Shown: positions 17,521 through 26,712, counted from the stretch's first letter. The stretch: DNA of 40,188 nucleotides from Candidatus Limivicinus sp. (GCA_045117295.1 JBGUNL010000070.1:1-40188), one strand, 5' to 3'. The notes: generated from the letters alone by a model not told the origin. A program made the numbers and translations.

Positions 17521-18144
17521 GTGATCCCCTCGCTGATCTGCATCACCCTCCATGAGCTGAGCCACGGCTTCGTGGCTTACCGCCTGGGGGACGATACCGC
17601 AAAGCGCGCCGGGCGGCTGACGCTCAACCCGCTGCGCCATCTGGACCCGATGGGTCTTCTGATGATGGTGGTCTTCCGCTTCGGCTGGGCAAAGCCTGTC
17701 CCGGTCAATATGTACCGCTTCCGAAACCCCAAGCGCGGCATGGCGGTCACGGCCCTGGCGGGCCCCTTGAGCAACATCGTGATCAGCCTGGTGTTTCTGC
17801 TGCTGTACGGCGCGCTGTTTCTCCCGCTGCAGGGCAGCGCCGCCGGCAGATATGTGCTGGAGATGCTGCAGATCACCGCGGTTTTGTCTCTCAGCTTTGC
17901 GGTGTTCAATGTGCTGCCCATTCCGCCGCTGGACGGGTCGAAGGTCCTCTTCTCCGCCCTCAGCGATGAGGCCTATCAGAAGCTGATGCGCTATGAGCGC
18001 TACGGCTCCCTGGTGCTTCTGCTGCTGGTCTCCACGGGAATTCTGGGAAGACCGCTGTCCTCCGCCGTGCGCTTTCTGTATGCGCACATGATTCCCCTTG
18101 CGCAGTGGGCCCTGGATCGGGTCTATACTCTGTTTTATATGTGA
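17521..18144 (+). CDS. site-2 protease family zinc metalloprotease (peptidase M50)
   Basis: HELSH zinc motif, GRLTLNPLRHLDP, and multiple TM segments. The coordinates use the first canonical start (GTG 17521). The in-frame upstream sequence (open back to 17434) encodes the expected first TM helix, so the true start is probably ATC 17455 (see findings). Confidence 0.85.
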   Translation: MIPSLICITLHELSHGFVAYRLGDDTAKRAGRLTLNPLRHLDPMGLLMMVVFRFGWAKPVPVNMYRFRNPKRGMAVTALAGPLSNIVISLVFLLLYGALFLPLQGSAAGRYVLEMLQITAVLSLSFAVFNVLPIPPLDGSKVLFSALSDEAYQKLMRYERYGSLVLLLLVSTGILGRPLSSAVRFLYAHMIPLAQWALDRVYTLFYM

Positions 18145-18150
18145 GCTTTC

Positions 18151-18930
18151 ATGGAAAACCCCAATTTCTTCCTGGAAGGAATCGTCCGGGACAAGGATGA
18201 GATGCAGAATTTTGAGGGCCCCCTGAGCCTGATTCTGCAGCTTCTCGCCAAGAATAAAATCGAAATCCGCGACATCAGCGTTTCCGACATTCTGGATCAA
18301 TACCTGGAATATCTGGATCAGATGCAGAGCATGGATTTGGAAATCGCCAGTGAGTTTGTCCAGATGGCGGCGCACCTGCTGTATATCAAAACCAGAACGC
18401 TCCTGGCCGGGGATGAGGAAGTCTCCGAGCTGGAGGTTTTGATGAGCTCCCTGGAGCAACTCAAGGCCCGGGATGTCTTCGCCTCGGTGCAGAAGGTCCT
18501 GCCGGAGCTGAAGAAAGCATCGGAGATCGGCCTGCTGTACTATGCCAAGCAGCCGGAGCCGCTGCGTCAGGAAAAACGGGAATATGAATACCGGCATGAG
18601 CCTGTGGATCTGCTGCGGGCCATGTACCGGATTTACGCCCGCGGCGGCAAGGCCGCCCCGCCGGACTTCGGGGACAGCGTCCCCAAGCGCATCGTCTACA
18701 GCGTGCGCGACAAGAGCCTGCAGATCTTGAAGCGCCTTAAAAACGGGAGTGCAAATCTGCACGCGCTGTACCGGGAGTGCCGCTCCCGCTCCGAAGTGGT
18801 GGCCACCTTCCTCTCCATCCTGGAACTGTGCAGCATCGGCAGCCTTCGCATTGACCGCTGCGGGGAGGAATATGAGCTCCGCTTCATCGGCGGCGAAGTG
18901 GATGAAATCATGGAAAAGATCGTAGAGTAA
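18151..18930 (+). CDS. scpA: segregation and condensation protein A
   Basis: 259 aa. The kleisin N-terminus FEGPLSLILQLLAKNKIEIRDISVSDI is typical of ScpA. It is followed by scpB. Confidence 0.9.
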   Translation: MENPNFFLEGIVRDKDEMQNFEGPLSLILQLLAKNKIEIRDISVSDILDQYLEYLDQMQSMDLEIASEFVQMAAHLLYIKTRTLLAGDEEVSELEVLMSSLEQLKARDVFASVQKVLPELKKASEIGLLYYAKQPEPLRQEKREYEYRHEPVDLLRAMYRIYARGGKAAPPDFGDSVPKRIVYSVRDKSLQILKRLKNGSANLHALYRECRSRSEVVATFLSILELCSIGSLRIDRCGEEYELRFIGGEVDEIMEKIVE

Positions 18931-18933
18931 GCT

Positions 18934-19557
18934 ATGTATGAATGGACTGCGGCCATGGAGGCCGTGTTGTTTGCCTCGGGGGACAGCGTTCCCATCGCGC
19001 GGCTCTCCCTCATCCTCGGCGTGGAGGAGGCGCTGCTGCGCCAATCTCTGGAGGAGCTGCGGGATGCATACGAAAACGAGGGCCGCGGCTTCCGCCTTCT
19101 GTTTCTGGACGACAAGGTGCAGATGTGCTCCGCGCCCGAGTTTGCCGGAACCATCAGCAAATTCATGGAGCAGCGAAAGCCCCCGATGCTCTCGCAGCCC
19201 GCTCTGGAAACCCTTGCCGTGGTGGCCTATTTTCAGCCTGTGACCCGCGCCTATATCGAACAGGTCCGCGGGGTGGACAGCTCCTATACCGTCAGCATGC
19301 TTTCCGAGCGCGGCCTGATCGAGGAATGCGGCAGACTGGAGGTTCCCGGTCGTCCCGCGGTGTTCCGCACCACGGATGTCTTCCTTCGCACCATGGGCGT
19401 CAGTTCTTTGGCGGAGCTGCCGGCGCTGCCGGAAGTCAGCGGAGGAGAGGGAATGGACAAGCTTCAGGCCGCCATCGACAGACTCAGCCGTCCGGAGAAC
19501 CCTCCGGCGGAACAGATCTCCATCGGCGAACTTAACGAAATCACCAGCGAGGAGTGA
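18934..19557 (+). CDS. scpB: segregation and condensation protein B
   Basis: 207 aa. Motifs EAVLFASGD, LSQPALETLAVVAYFQPVTRAYIEQVRGV and PGRPAVFRTT match ScpB winged-helix repeats. Confidence 0.9.
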   Translation: MYEWTAAMEAVLFASGDSVPIARLSLILGVEEALLRQSLEELRDAYENEGRGFRLLFLDDKVQMCSAPEFAGTISKFMEQRKPPMLSQPALETLAVVAYFQPVTRAYIEQVRGVDSSYTVSMLSERGLIEECGRLEVPGRPAVFRTTDVFLRTMGVSSLAELPALPEVSGGEGMDKLQAAIDRLSRPENPPAEQISIGELNEITSEE

Positions 19558-20375
19558 TGCATTTGAAAGCAGGATTGATTGCACTGGGCGTCATCGCGCT
19601 CTTTGTGCTGCTGTTTATCTTCCTGCCCGTCGTCGCCTGGATCATCCTCGGCCTGATCCTGCTGATTCTCCTGGTCGTTCTGTTTGTCCCCATCGGCGCG
19701 GATGTGGCCTATATCGGTGGGGAGGTTTCCCTGGCGGCCCGCGCGGACGGCTTCGCCATTCAGCTTTTGCCGAAGAAGCCGAAGGACCCGAACAAGCCGC
19801 CCAGAGAGAAAAAAGAAAAGAAGCCGAAGAAAGAGAAAAAGCCCAAGGAGCCCAAGCCGGAGATTGCGGAAGAACACAAGAAGAAAAAGCTGGTCTTTAC
19901 ACCGGAAGAGATCTTCGAGCTGATCAAAAAGGTCCTGCACGCGCTGGGCAAATTCGGGAAGATCACCGTCCGCAAGTTTATGCTCCACTATGTGGCCGCG
20001 GGGGCGGACCCCTACAACACGGCCATGACGTACAATTATGTCAATGCCGCTCTCTGTTCCCTGGCTCCGCTGTGCGCTCAGAAATTCCGGATCACCGGCG
20101 ACGTGGACGTGTGGACGGACATCGACTTTGCGGCAGAGAAAATGACAATTGACGCCGAAGTCAGCGCGACCCTGCGGCTGGCCCAGCTTGTGCACGTGGG
20201 CCTCGCGGCGGCCTTCGGGGCGCTGGGCGTCCTGCTGAAGAACAAGCGCCGCCTGCGCAGAGAGGCGCGGGAGGCCAAAAAGAACCCAAGCGAAGATGTG
20301 ACTCCGCTCGATTCCAACAATACGGATACTCAAGAAACACTACAGGCTGAGGAAAGGAAGGAAACTCATGGATAA
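19554..20375 (+). CDS. YtfI-like membrane protein (DUF2953-type), sporulation-associated
   Basis: 273 aa. Two N-terminal TM helices, a Lys/Pro/Glu-rich linker, and a conserved C-terminal region. It lies immediately upstream of and overlaps ytfJ, as in the B. subtilis ytfI-ytfJ pair. The start is GTG 19554 or ATG 19557, overlapping the scpB stop. Confidence 0.65.
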   Translation: MMHLKAGLIALGVIALFVLLFIFLPVVAWIILGLILLILLVVLFVPIGADVAYIGGEVSLAARADGFAIQLLPKKPKDPNKPPREKKEKKPKKEKKPKEPKPEIAEEHKKKKLVFTPEEIFELIKKVLHALGKFGKITVRKFMLHYVAAGADPYNTAMTYNYVNAALCSLAPLCAQKFRITGDVDVWTDIDFAAEKMTIDAEVSATLRLAQLVHVGLAAAFGALGVLLKNKRRLRREAREAKKNPSEDVTPLDSNNTDTQETLQAEERKETHG

Positions 20376-20754
20376 GAATCCTATCGGCGAACTGATGCAG
20401 AACACAATGGAGAATGTCAGAAACATTCTCAAGGTGGATACCGTTGTCGGCGATCCCATCTATACCCCGGACGGCATTACCCTGGTTCCCATCTCCAAGA
20501 TCAGCGTCGGCTTCGGCGGCGGCGGTGTGGAGTTCAACACCAAGAAGGTCGGGGATGTTCGCCCCTACGGCGGCGGCAACGCCACCGGCGTGAAGGTGGA
20601 CCCCATCGGTTTCCTGGTGATCAAGGACGGCACGGTCCGTATGGTCAATGTGATGCCCCCCGCCAGCAACACCGTGGACAGGATCATCGATCTTGTCCCG
20701 CAGGTGATGGACCGGGTGGACGCTTTCATCGAGAAGCAGAAGAGCGACAAGTAA
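20368..20754 (+). CDS. ytfJ: sporulation protein YtfJ (GerW family)
   Basis: 128 aa. Motifs VGDPIxxxDGxTLVPISKISxGFGGGG and PIGFLVIKDGxVR are characteristic of YtfJ/GerW. Confidence 0.88.
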   Translation: MDKNPIGELMQNTMENVRNILKVDTVVGDPIYTPDGITLVPISKISVGFGGGGVEFNTKKVGDVRPYGGGNATGVKVDPIGFLVIKDGTVRMVNVMPPASNTVDRIIDLVPQVMDRVDAFIEKQKSDK

Positions 20755-20783
20755 GCGCTTCACATAGATTCGCACGAAATCGA

Positions 20784-20829
20784 GAATAATAAGCACTGCC
20801 CGTTTCAGGAAGGGTGGTGCTTATTATTC
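20784..20829 (+). promoter_or_regulatory. 13-bp perfect inverted repeat bracketing the dacB SD and start codon
   Basis: gaataataagcac (20784-20796) and gtgcttattattc (20817-20829). The 20-nt loop tgcccgtttcaggaagggtg contains SD AGGAAGGG and GTG 20814. Confidence 0.4.
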
Positions 20830-21914
20830 GATTGGATAAACTTTCCGTCTCTCTTGTTCTGGTGCTCCTGCTGCAGCCGCCGCTGTGCGCCGCGGCAGAG
20901 AGTGTGCCGGCCGTCTCCGCGGAGAGCGCGGTGCTCATGGCCGCAAACGGCCAATGCCTGCTGGAAAAGGACGCAGATACCGAGCGGCCCATGGCCAGCA
21001 CGACCAAGCTGATGACCGCGCTGGTCGTCCTCGAGCATGCGGATTTGGAGGACCGTGTCACGGCAAAGCAGGCCCACTGCGCGGTGGAGGGCTCCAGCAT
21101 GTATCTCAGGGCGGGGGAGACGTATACCGTCAGGGAGCTCCTGCTGGGGCTGCTTCTGGCCTCCGGGAACGACGCGGCGCTTGCCCTGGCCGAGCATGTC
21201 GGCGGCAGCCAGGCGGAGTTTGTGCGGCTTATGAATCAAAAGGCCCGGGAGCTTCACCTCACGCACACCGGCTTTGCCAACCCCCACGGCCTGGACGCGG
21301 AGGGGCACGTCTCCACCGCGCGGGACCTGGCGGTGCTGATGCTGGCATGCATGGAAAACGACGGCTTCCGGGAGTTGACAAAAACGCCCACGGCGGAGAT
21401 TCGCGGCAATCATCTGCGCAATCACAACCGCCTGCTCCTGGATTGTCCGGGATGCATCGGCGGCAAGACGGGCTATACCCGGTCGGCCGGACGCTGCCTG
21501 GTATCCTGCTGCGAACGGGGCGGGCTGCGTCTGGTCTGCGTCACACTCTCGGATCCGGACGACTGGCGGGACCACCGGGCACTCTATGATTGGGCGTACC
21601 GGGAATACCGCATGCTGGATCTCAGCAAAAGCTGCCGCTTTGATGTGCCGGTGCTCTCCGGCAGCAGGGAAACGCTGCAGGCCGCGCCTGCGTCCGGCGC
21701 CTGCCTGGTGCTTCCCAGGACGGAAACCGTGAAGCTCAGGGCGGAACTGCCGCGCTTTGTGTTCGCCCCGGTCAAAAAAGGGGAGACAGCGGGCAGCGTA
21801 TCGGTTATAATACAGGCCAGGACTGTCGTGGAGCTGCCGCTCTACTTTTCCGATTCCGCGGCTCTTGCCTTTAAGGTGCAAAGACTCTTTCCACAGGAGG
21901 ACTCGCGCGCATGA
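20814..21914 (+). CDS. dacB: D-alanyl-D-alanine carboxypeptidase (serine-type, PBP5*-like)
   Basis: 366 aa. Signal peptide, SxxK (ASTTKLMT), SxN (SGND), KTG (KTGYT). The position after scpAB-ytfIJ parallels the B. subtilis scpAB-ypuI-dacB neighbourhood. Confidence 0.88.
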   Translation: MVLIIRLDKLSVSLVLVLLLQPPLCAAAESVPAVSAESAVLMAANGQCLLEKDADTERPMASTTKLMTALVVLEHADLEDRVTAKQAHCAVEGSSMYLRAGETYTVRELLLGLLLASGNDAALALAEHVGGSQAEFVRLMNQKARELHLTHTGFANPHGLDAEGHVSTARDLAVLMLACMENDGFRELTKTPTAEIRGNHLRNHNRLLLDCPGCIGGKTGYTRSAGRCLVSCCERGGLRLVCVTLSDPDDWRDHRALYDWAYREYRMLDLSKSCRFDVPVLSGSRETLQAAPASGACLVLPRTETVKLRAELPRFVFAPVKKGETAGSVSVIIQARTVVELPLYFSDSAALAFKVQRLFPQEDSRA

Positions 21915-22633
21915 GCGAGAGAATACAAAAGCTCATATCCGAAGCGGGGCTTATGTCCCGTCGAGCCGCCGAGCAGGCCATCATCTCCGGCCGTGTCCTG
22001 CTTAACGGTCTCCCCGCGGTCCTCGGCGATAAGGCCGACATGGAGACGGACGAGATCCTGGTAGACGGCGAAAAGCTCGCACTTTCGGAGAAAAAGCGCT
22101 ATCTCATGCTGAATAAACCCAAGGGCTATGTGACCAGCATGCACGACGAAAAGGGCCGCCGCTGCGTGGAAGAACTGGTACGCGGCGCTGGCGTGCGGGT
22201 CTACCCGGTGGGGAGACTGGACATGTATTCCGAGGGCCTGCTGCTTTTGACCAACGACGGGGACTTTGCCAACCGTGTCATGCACCCCTCCCATGAGCTG
22301 GAAAAATGCTATCACACCGAGGTCTCCGGCGATGATCTGCAGAAGGCCATCCGGCTGCTGCGCGCCCCCATGGAGATTGACGGCTATCGAATCCGTCCGG
22401 CCCGTGTGGAGCTTCTGGAGGAGCGTCCGGACGGGGCGCGCCTTTCGATCACCATCCACGAGGGCCGGAACCGCCAGGTGCGCAAAATGTGCAGCCAGGC
22501 GGGCCTCAAGGTCAAGCGCCTGGTGCGCGTCTCCGAGGGCGGGCTGCAGCTGGGCAATCTCCGCCCGGGCGCCTGGCGGGAGCTGACGGCGCAGGAGCTG
22601 GAGCAAGTGTTTGCCAAAGGAGAGAGAGAATAG
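21911..22633 (+). CDS. rluB: 23S rRNA pseudouridine synthase, RsuA/RluB family
   Basis: 240 aa. N-terminal S4 domain and catalytic Asp motif GRLDMYSEGLLLLTNDG. ATGA overlap with the dacB stop. Confidence 0.9.
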   Translation: MSERIQKLISEAGLMSRRAAEQAIISGRVLLNGLPAVLGDKADMETDEILVDGEKLALSEKKRYLMLNKPKGYVTSMHDEKGRRCVEELVRGAGVRVYPVGRLDMYSEGLLLLTNDGDFANRVMHPSHELEKCYHTEVSGDDLQKAIRLLRAPMEIDGYRIRPARVELLEERPDGARLSITIHEGRNRQVRKMCSQAGLKVKRLVRVSEGGLQLGNLRPGAWRELTAQELEQVFAKGERE

Positions 22634-22636
22634 CAT

Positions 22637-23866
22637 ATGGAGCTTTCCACTGTGGATCTTGTGGTCATCGGCGGCGGCCCGGCCGGGATGATGTGCGCCT
22701 ATACGGCGGCAGAACGCGGCGTGTCTGTCGTGCTGCTGGAGCCGAACGAGAAGCTCGGCCGAAAGCTGCGGATTACCGGAAAGGGCCGCTGCAACGTCAA
22801 CAACAACTGCGATATCAAAACCTTCATGGCCAACATACCCGGGGACGGGCGCTTTCTCTACAGCGCCCTGAACCGCTTCTCCCCGGCCGATACCATCGCC
22901 TTCTTTGAGGGCCATGGTCTCCCGCTCAAAACGGAGCGCGGGAACCGGGTCTTCCCCCAGTCTGACAATGCCAACGATGTGGCGGGACTCATGGCGGGCC
23001 TCTGCAAAAAAGCGGGGGTAAAGGTGATGCGTACCTCCGCCAAGCAGATCATCACGGAAAACGGCGCGGTGGCCGGGGTGATGACGGGGGAGGGCTATCT
23101 GCCCTGCCGGGCTGCAGCGGTCTGCACCGGCGGCCTGTCCTATCCGCTGACGGGCTCCACCGGCGCGGGATATGACTTCGCCAGAAATCTCGGTCACACC
23201 GTAAGCCCGCTGCGCCCCTCTCTGGTACCGCTGGAGAGCGACGATGATTTCTGCGCCGAGATGCAGGGCTTTGCCCTCAAAAACGTGACGCTCTCCGCTT
23301 ATGAGGACGGGAAGCTTATTTACAAAGAGCTGGGTGAAATGCTCTTTACGCACTTTGGTGTCTCCGGCCCGCTGGTGCTGTCGGCCAGCGCGCACATGCG
23401 GAAGATGGGCAGCGCGCTGTATGCGCTCTCCATCGACCTCAAGCCGGGGCTGGATGAGAAGAAGCTGGACGCCCGCGTTCTGCGGGACTTTGAGAAGTAT
23501 TCCAACCGGGAGTTCAAGAACGCCCTGAACGATCTGGCCGGCCGCACCATGATCCCGGTGCTGATCCGGCTCTCCGGCATCCCGGAGGATACCAAGGTCA
23601 ACAGCATCACCCGGGAGCAGCGCCTGCGTCTGGTGCAGCTGCTGAAAGCCTTCCCGGTCCATGTGACGGGCACCCGGCCCGTGGACGAGGCCATCGTCAC
23701 AGCCGGCGGCGTCTCCACCAGGGAGATCAATCCCCGCACCATGGAGTCAAAGTTCGTCTCCGGCCTGTATTTTGCCGGGGAGGTGCTGGACGTGGACGGA
23801 TACACGGGCGGCTTCAACCTGCAGATTGCCTGGTCAACCGGCTATGTGGCCGGAATTTCTATATAA
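22637..23866 (+). CDS. NAD(P)/FAD-dependent oxidoreductase, HI0933/YhiN (BaiN-like) family
   Basis: 409 aa. GGGPAG dinucleotide-binding motif, KLRITGKGRCNVNN, and the C-terminal GGFNLQIAWSTG typical of this family. Confidence 0.87.
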   Translation: MELSTVDLVVIGGGPAGMMCAYTAAERGVSVVLLEPNEKLGRKLRITGKGRCNVNNNCDIKTFMANIPGDGRFLYSALNRFSPADTIAFFEGHGLPLKTERGNRVFPQSDNANDVAGLMAGLCKKAGVKVMRTSAKQIITENGAVAGVMTGEGYLPCRAAAVCTGGLSYPLTGSTGAGYDFARNLGHTVSPLRPSLVPLESDDDFCAEMQGFALKNVTLSAYEDGKLIYKELGEMLFTHFGVSGPLVLSASAHMRKMGSALYALSIDLKPGLDEKKLDARVLRDFEKYSNREFKNALNDLAGRTMIPVLIRLSGIPEDTKVNSITREQRLRLVQLLKAFPVHVTGTRPVDEAIVTAGGVSTREINPRTMESKFVSGLYFAGEVLDVDGYTGGFNLQIAWSTGYVAGISI

Positions 23867-23882
23867 AGGAAGCATACATACT

Positions 23883-24581
23883 ATGAACGGTTTTTACGCC
23901 ATTGCCATCGACGGCCCCAGCGGCGCCGGAAAGAGCACCCAGGCCAGACGCCTGGCCGCCGCCTTTAATTTTATCTATGTGGACACAGGCGCCATCTACC
24001 GTACCCTGGGCCTTGCCTGCGTCCGCGCGGGAATCGACCGGCACAACGTGGCCGCGGTCATGGAGCAGCTGCGCGCCATCGACATCTCCATCGCCTATAA
24101 TGAGGCCGGCGAGCAGCGGATGTACCTCAATGGGGAGGATGTTTCCCGGGAGATCCGGCAGCCGGAGATTTCTCTGGCCGCTTCTGACGTCTCCTCCATT
24201 GCGGAGGTCCGCGCCTTCCTGCTGGAGATGCAGCGCAGATTTGCCCGGGAAAATCATGTGGTCATGGACGGACGGGATATCGGCACCGTGGTGCTGCCGG
24301 ACGCGGAGCTCAAAATCTTCCTCACCGCCAGCCCCGAATCCAGAGCCAGACGCCGGCTTCTGGATCTCAAGGAGAAGGGGATTGAGGAGAGCTTTGAAAA
24401 GGTGCTGGAGGAAATCATTCTCCGGGACGAGCAGGATACCAAACGCGCCGCCGCGCCCCTGAAACAGGCGGAGGACGCCGTGCTGGTGGATTCCAGCGAG
24501 CTGGGCTTTGACGAGACCTTTGCCGTCCTCTGCGATATCGTGGTGCAGCGCTTTGCTCTTGATCAGGAGGACCGGGCGTGA
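23883..24581 (+). CDS. cmk: cytidylate kinase
   Basis: 232 aa from ATG 23883. P-loop IAIDGPSGAGKST, and DTGAIYR. The track ORF extension (from 23772) overlaps the upstream gene and has no homology features. Confidence 0.93.
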   Translation: MNGFYAIAIDGPSGAGKSTQARRLAAAFNFIYVDTGAIYRTLGLACVRAGIDRHNVAAVMEQLRAIDISIAYNEAGEQRMYLNGEDVSREIRQPEISLAASDVSSIAEVRAFLLEMQRRFARENHVVMDGRDIGTVVLPDAELKIFLTASPESRARRRLLDLKEKGIEESFEKVLEEIILRDEQDTKRAAAPLKQAEDAVLVDSSELGFDETFAVLCDIVVQRFALDQEDRA

Positions 24582-26635
24582 AAAAGCTGATCGTTGCCGA
24601 GAGCGCGGGCTTCTGCTTCGGCGTCAGCCGTTCGGTGGATATGGCCGAGAAGCTCATTGCGGAGTACGGAGGCTGTGCCAGCCTGGGCGAGCTGATTCAC
24701 AATGAGGATGTGGTGGCCGCGCTGACAGAAAAGGGGATGCGCGTGATCCATTCCCCGGCGGAGGTACAGGCGGGGGAGCACGTGCTCATCCGCGCCCACG
24801 GCGCGGCACCCGAGATTTATGAGGAGCTCACGGCCGCGGGGGCGGTCCTCTGCGACGCCACCTGTCCCAAGGTGAAGGCCATCCACCGGATCGTGGCCAA
24901 CGCCAAGGCGGAGGGGCGCTTCACCATCATCATCGGCATGCACGATCACCCGGAAGTCCGGGCAATCTGCGGCTGGTGCGGGGAGCATGCAGTGTTCGAA
25001 AATGCCGCAGAAGTTGAAAAATACCTGGAGAATCACCCGGAATCTTGGGAAAAACCGATAACGGTAGTGGTACAAACCACGCAGACCCACAATAATTTTA
25101 CCGAATGTTCCGACATCATAAAAAAAAGATGTACAAATCCAAAAATATCTGATACAATATGTCTTGCTACGTTCACGCGGCAGCAAGAAGCAGCGCGACT
25201 TGCTTCGGTTTGTGATGCAATGGTTGTTATCGGCGGAAAGCACAGTGCAAACAGCGTTCATCTGGCCCAGATCTGCCAGGAGCACTGTCCCAGCGTCCAG
25301 TTTATCGAGCGGACGAATGAGCTCGATTTGGACAGGCTTCAGACCGCGGACACCGTGGGCCTCACCGCCGGCGCATCGACCCCCGCGTGGATAATTAAGG
25401 AGGTAAGAAACAAAATGAGCGACGAGATCAAAGTTGAAGAATCCACAGTGGAGAAGGAAATGTCCTTCGATGAAATGCTGGAGGAGACTCTAAAAACTAT
25501 ATATAATGGGGATAAGGTAACCGGCCTGGTTGTTGCGATCACCGGCACCGAGATCAGCGTGGACCTCGGCACCAAGTATTCCGGCTTCATCCCCACTTCC
25601 GAATTTACCGACGACGGCATCAAGGTGGAAGACGCCGTCAAGGTGGGCGACACCATCGAGGCTGTTGTTGTCAGAGTCAATGATGTGGAAGGCACCGCGA
25701 TGCTCTCCAAGAAGCGTCTGGACGCCGCCAAGATGTGGAACGACATTGAAGAGGCCGTTGAGAGCGGCACCGTCATGGAAGGCATTGTCACCGAGGAGAA
25801 CAAGGGCGGCATCGTCGTCAACGTCAAGGGCGTCCGCGTGTTCGTTCCCGCTTCCCAGACCGATCTGCCCCGTGAGGCCGAACTGAGCCAGCTGCTCAAG
25901 CAGACCGTCCGCCTTAAGATCACCGAGGTCAACAAGGCCCGCAAGCGCGTGGTCGGTTCCATCCGCCGCGTGGCCCAGGCCGAGCGCCGCGAGCGTATCG
26001 AGAACATCTGGAACGAGATCGAGGTCGGCAAGAAGTACCACGGCGTGGTCAAGTCCCTGACCAGCTACGGCGCGTTCGTCGACATCGGCGGCATCGACGG
26101 CATGGTGCACGTCTCCGAGCTGAGTTGGGGCCGCATCCACCAGCCCTCCGAGGTCGTCTCCGTCGGCGATGAGATCGATGTCTACGTCATCTCCTTCGAC
26201 AAAGAGAAGCGCAAGATTTCTCTGGGCTACAAGGATCCCGAGGGCAACCCCTGGACCATGTTCACCAGCCGCTACCAGGTGGGCGACGTCGCCTCCGTCA
26301 AGGTTGTCAAGCTCATGCCCTTCGGCGCCTTTGCCGAGGTTCTGCCCGGTGTTGACGGCCTGATCCACATCTCCCAGATCGCCAACCGCCGCATCGGCAA
26401 GCCCGAGGACGTGCTGACCGTGGGCGATGTGGTCGACGCCAAGATCACCGCCATCGACGACGAGAAGCACAAGATCTCCCTCTCCATCCGCGCCCTGTCC
26501 GAGCCCGCGCCCGTCAAGGTTGAAAAGCCGGAAGAGGGTTTTGAGGAGGCCGACCAGGCCACCGAGGACGCTCTGGTCTACGAGGTTTCCGCTGACGGCG
26601 TCGCTTCCGGTGTTGCGCCCGAGGTTGAGGAGTAA
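24578..26635 (+). CDS. ispH: bifunctional 4-hydroxy-3-methylbut-2-enyl diphosphate reductase (IspH/LytB) / ribosomal protein S1-like protein
   Basis: 685 aa. The N-terminal ~280 aa is IspH-like (GFCFGVxRS, CPKV, GGKHSANS). The C-terminal part has four S1 OB-fold repeats (for example GxVxxxxxYGAFVDIGG.DGMVHVSE). GTGA overlap with the cmk stop. The cmk-rpsA order is conserved. Confidence 0.92.
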   Translation: MKKLIVAESAGFCFGVSRSVDMAEKLIAEYGGCASLGELIHNEDVVAALTEKGMRVIHSPAEVQAGEHVLIRAHGAAPEIYEELTAAGAVLCDATCPKVKAIHRIVANAKAEGRFTIIIGMHDHPEVRAICGWCGEHAVFENAAEVEKYLENHPESWEKPITVVVQTTQTHNNFTECSDIIKKRCTNPKISDTICLATFTRQQEAARLASVCDAMVVIGGKHSANSVHLAQICQEHCPSVQFIERTNELDLDRLQTADTVGLTAGASTPAWIIKEVRNKMSDEIKVEESTVEKEMSFDEMLEETLKTIYNGDKVTGLVVAITGTEISVDLGTKYSGFIPTSEFTDDGIKVEDAVKVGDTIEAVVVRVNDVEGTAMLSKKRLDAAKMWNDIEEAVESGTVMEGIVTEENKGGIVVNVKGVRVFVPASQTDLPREAELSQLLKQTVRLKITEVNKARKRVVGSIRRVAQAERRERIENIWNEIEVGKKYHGVVKSLTSYGAFVDIGGIDGMVHVSELSWGRIHQPSEVVSVGDEIDVYVISFDKEKRKISLGYKDPEGNPWTMFTSRYQVGDVASVKVVKLMPFGAFAEVLPGVDGLIHISQIANRRIGKPEDVLTVGDVVDAKITAIDDEKHKISLSIRALSEPAPVKVEKPEEGFEEADQATEDALVYEVSADGVASGVAPEVEE

Positions 26636-26649
26636 TCTTTCACAAATAT

Positions 26650-26688
26650 AAAACGCTATGGCCGTTGATTTCGGCCATAGCGTTTTTT
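26650..26688. terminator. bidirectional intrinsic terminator between ispH-S1 (+) and the hydrolase gene (-)
   Basis: 14-bp perfect stem aaaacgctatggcc / ggccatagcgtttt, 9-nt loop, with T-run and A-run flanks. Confidence 0.8.
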
Positions 26689-26712
26689 GCGTGTTTTTTT
26701 AAAAAGGAAAAA

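Noticed and set aside
19770-19889. A purine-rich, repetitive-looking DNA stretch (aagaag/ccgaag units)
   Set aside because: It is not a tandem repeat or CRISPR-like array. It encodes the Lys/Pro/Glu-rich low-complexity linker (PKKPKDPNKPPREKKEKKPKKEKKPKEPKPE...) of the YtfI-like membrane protein.
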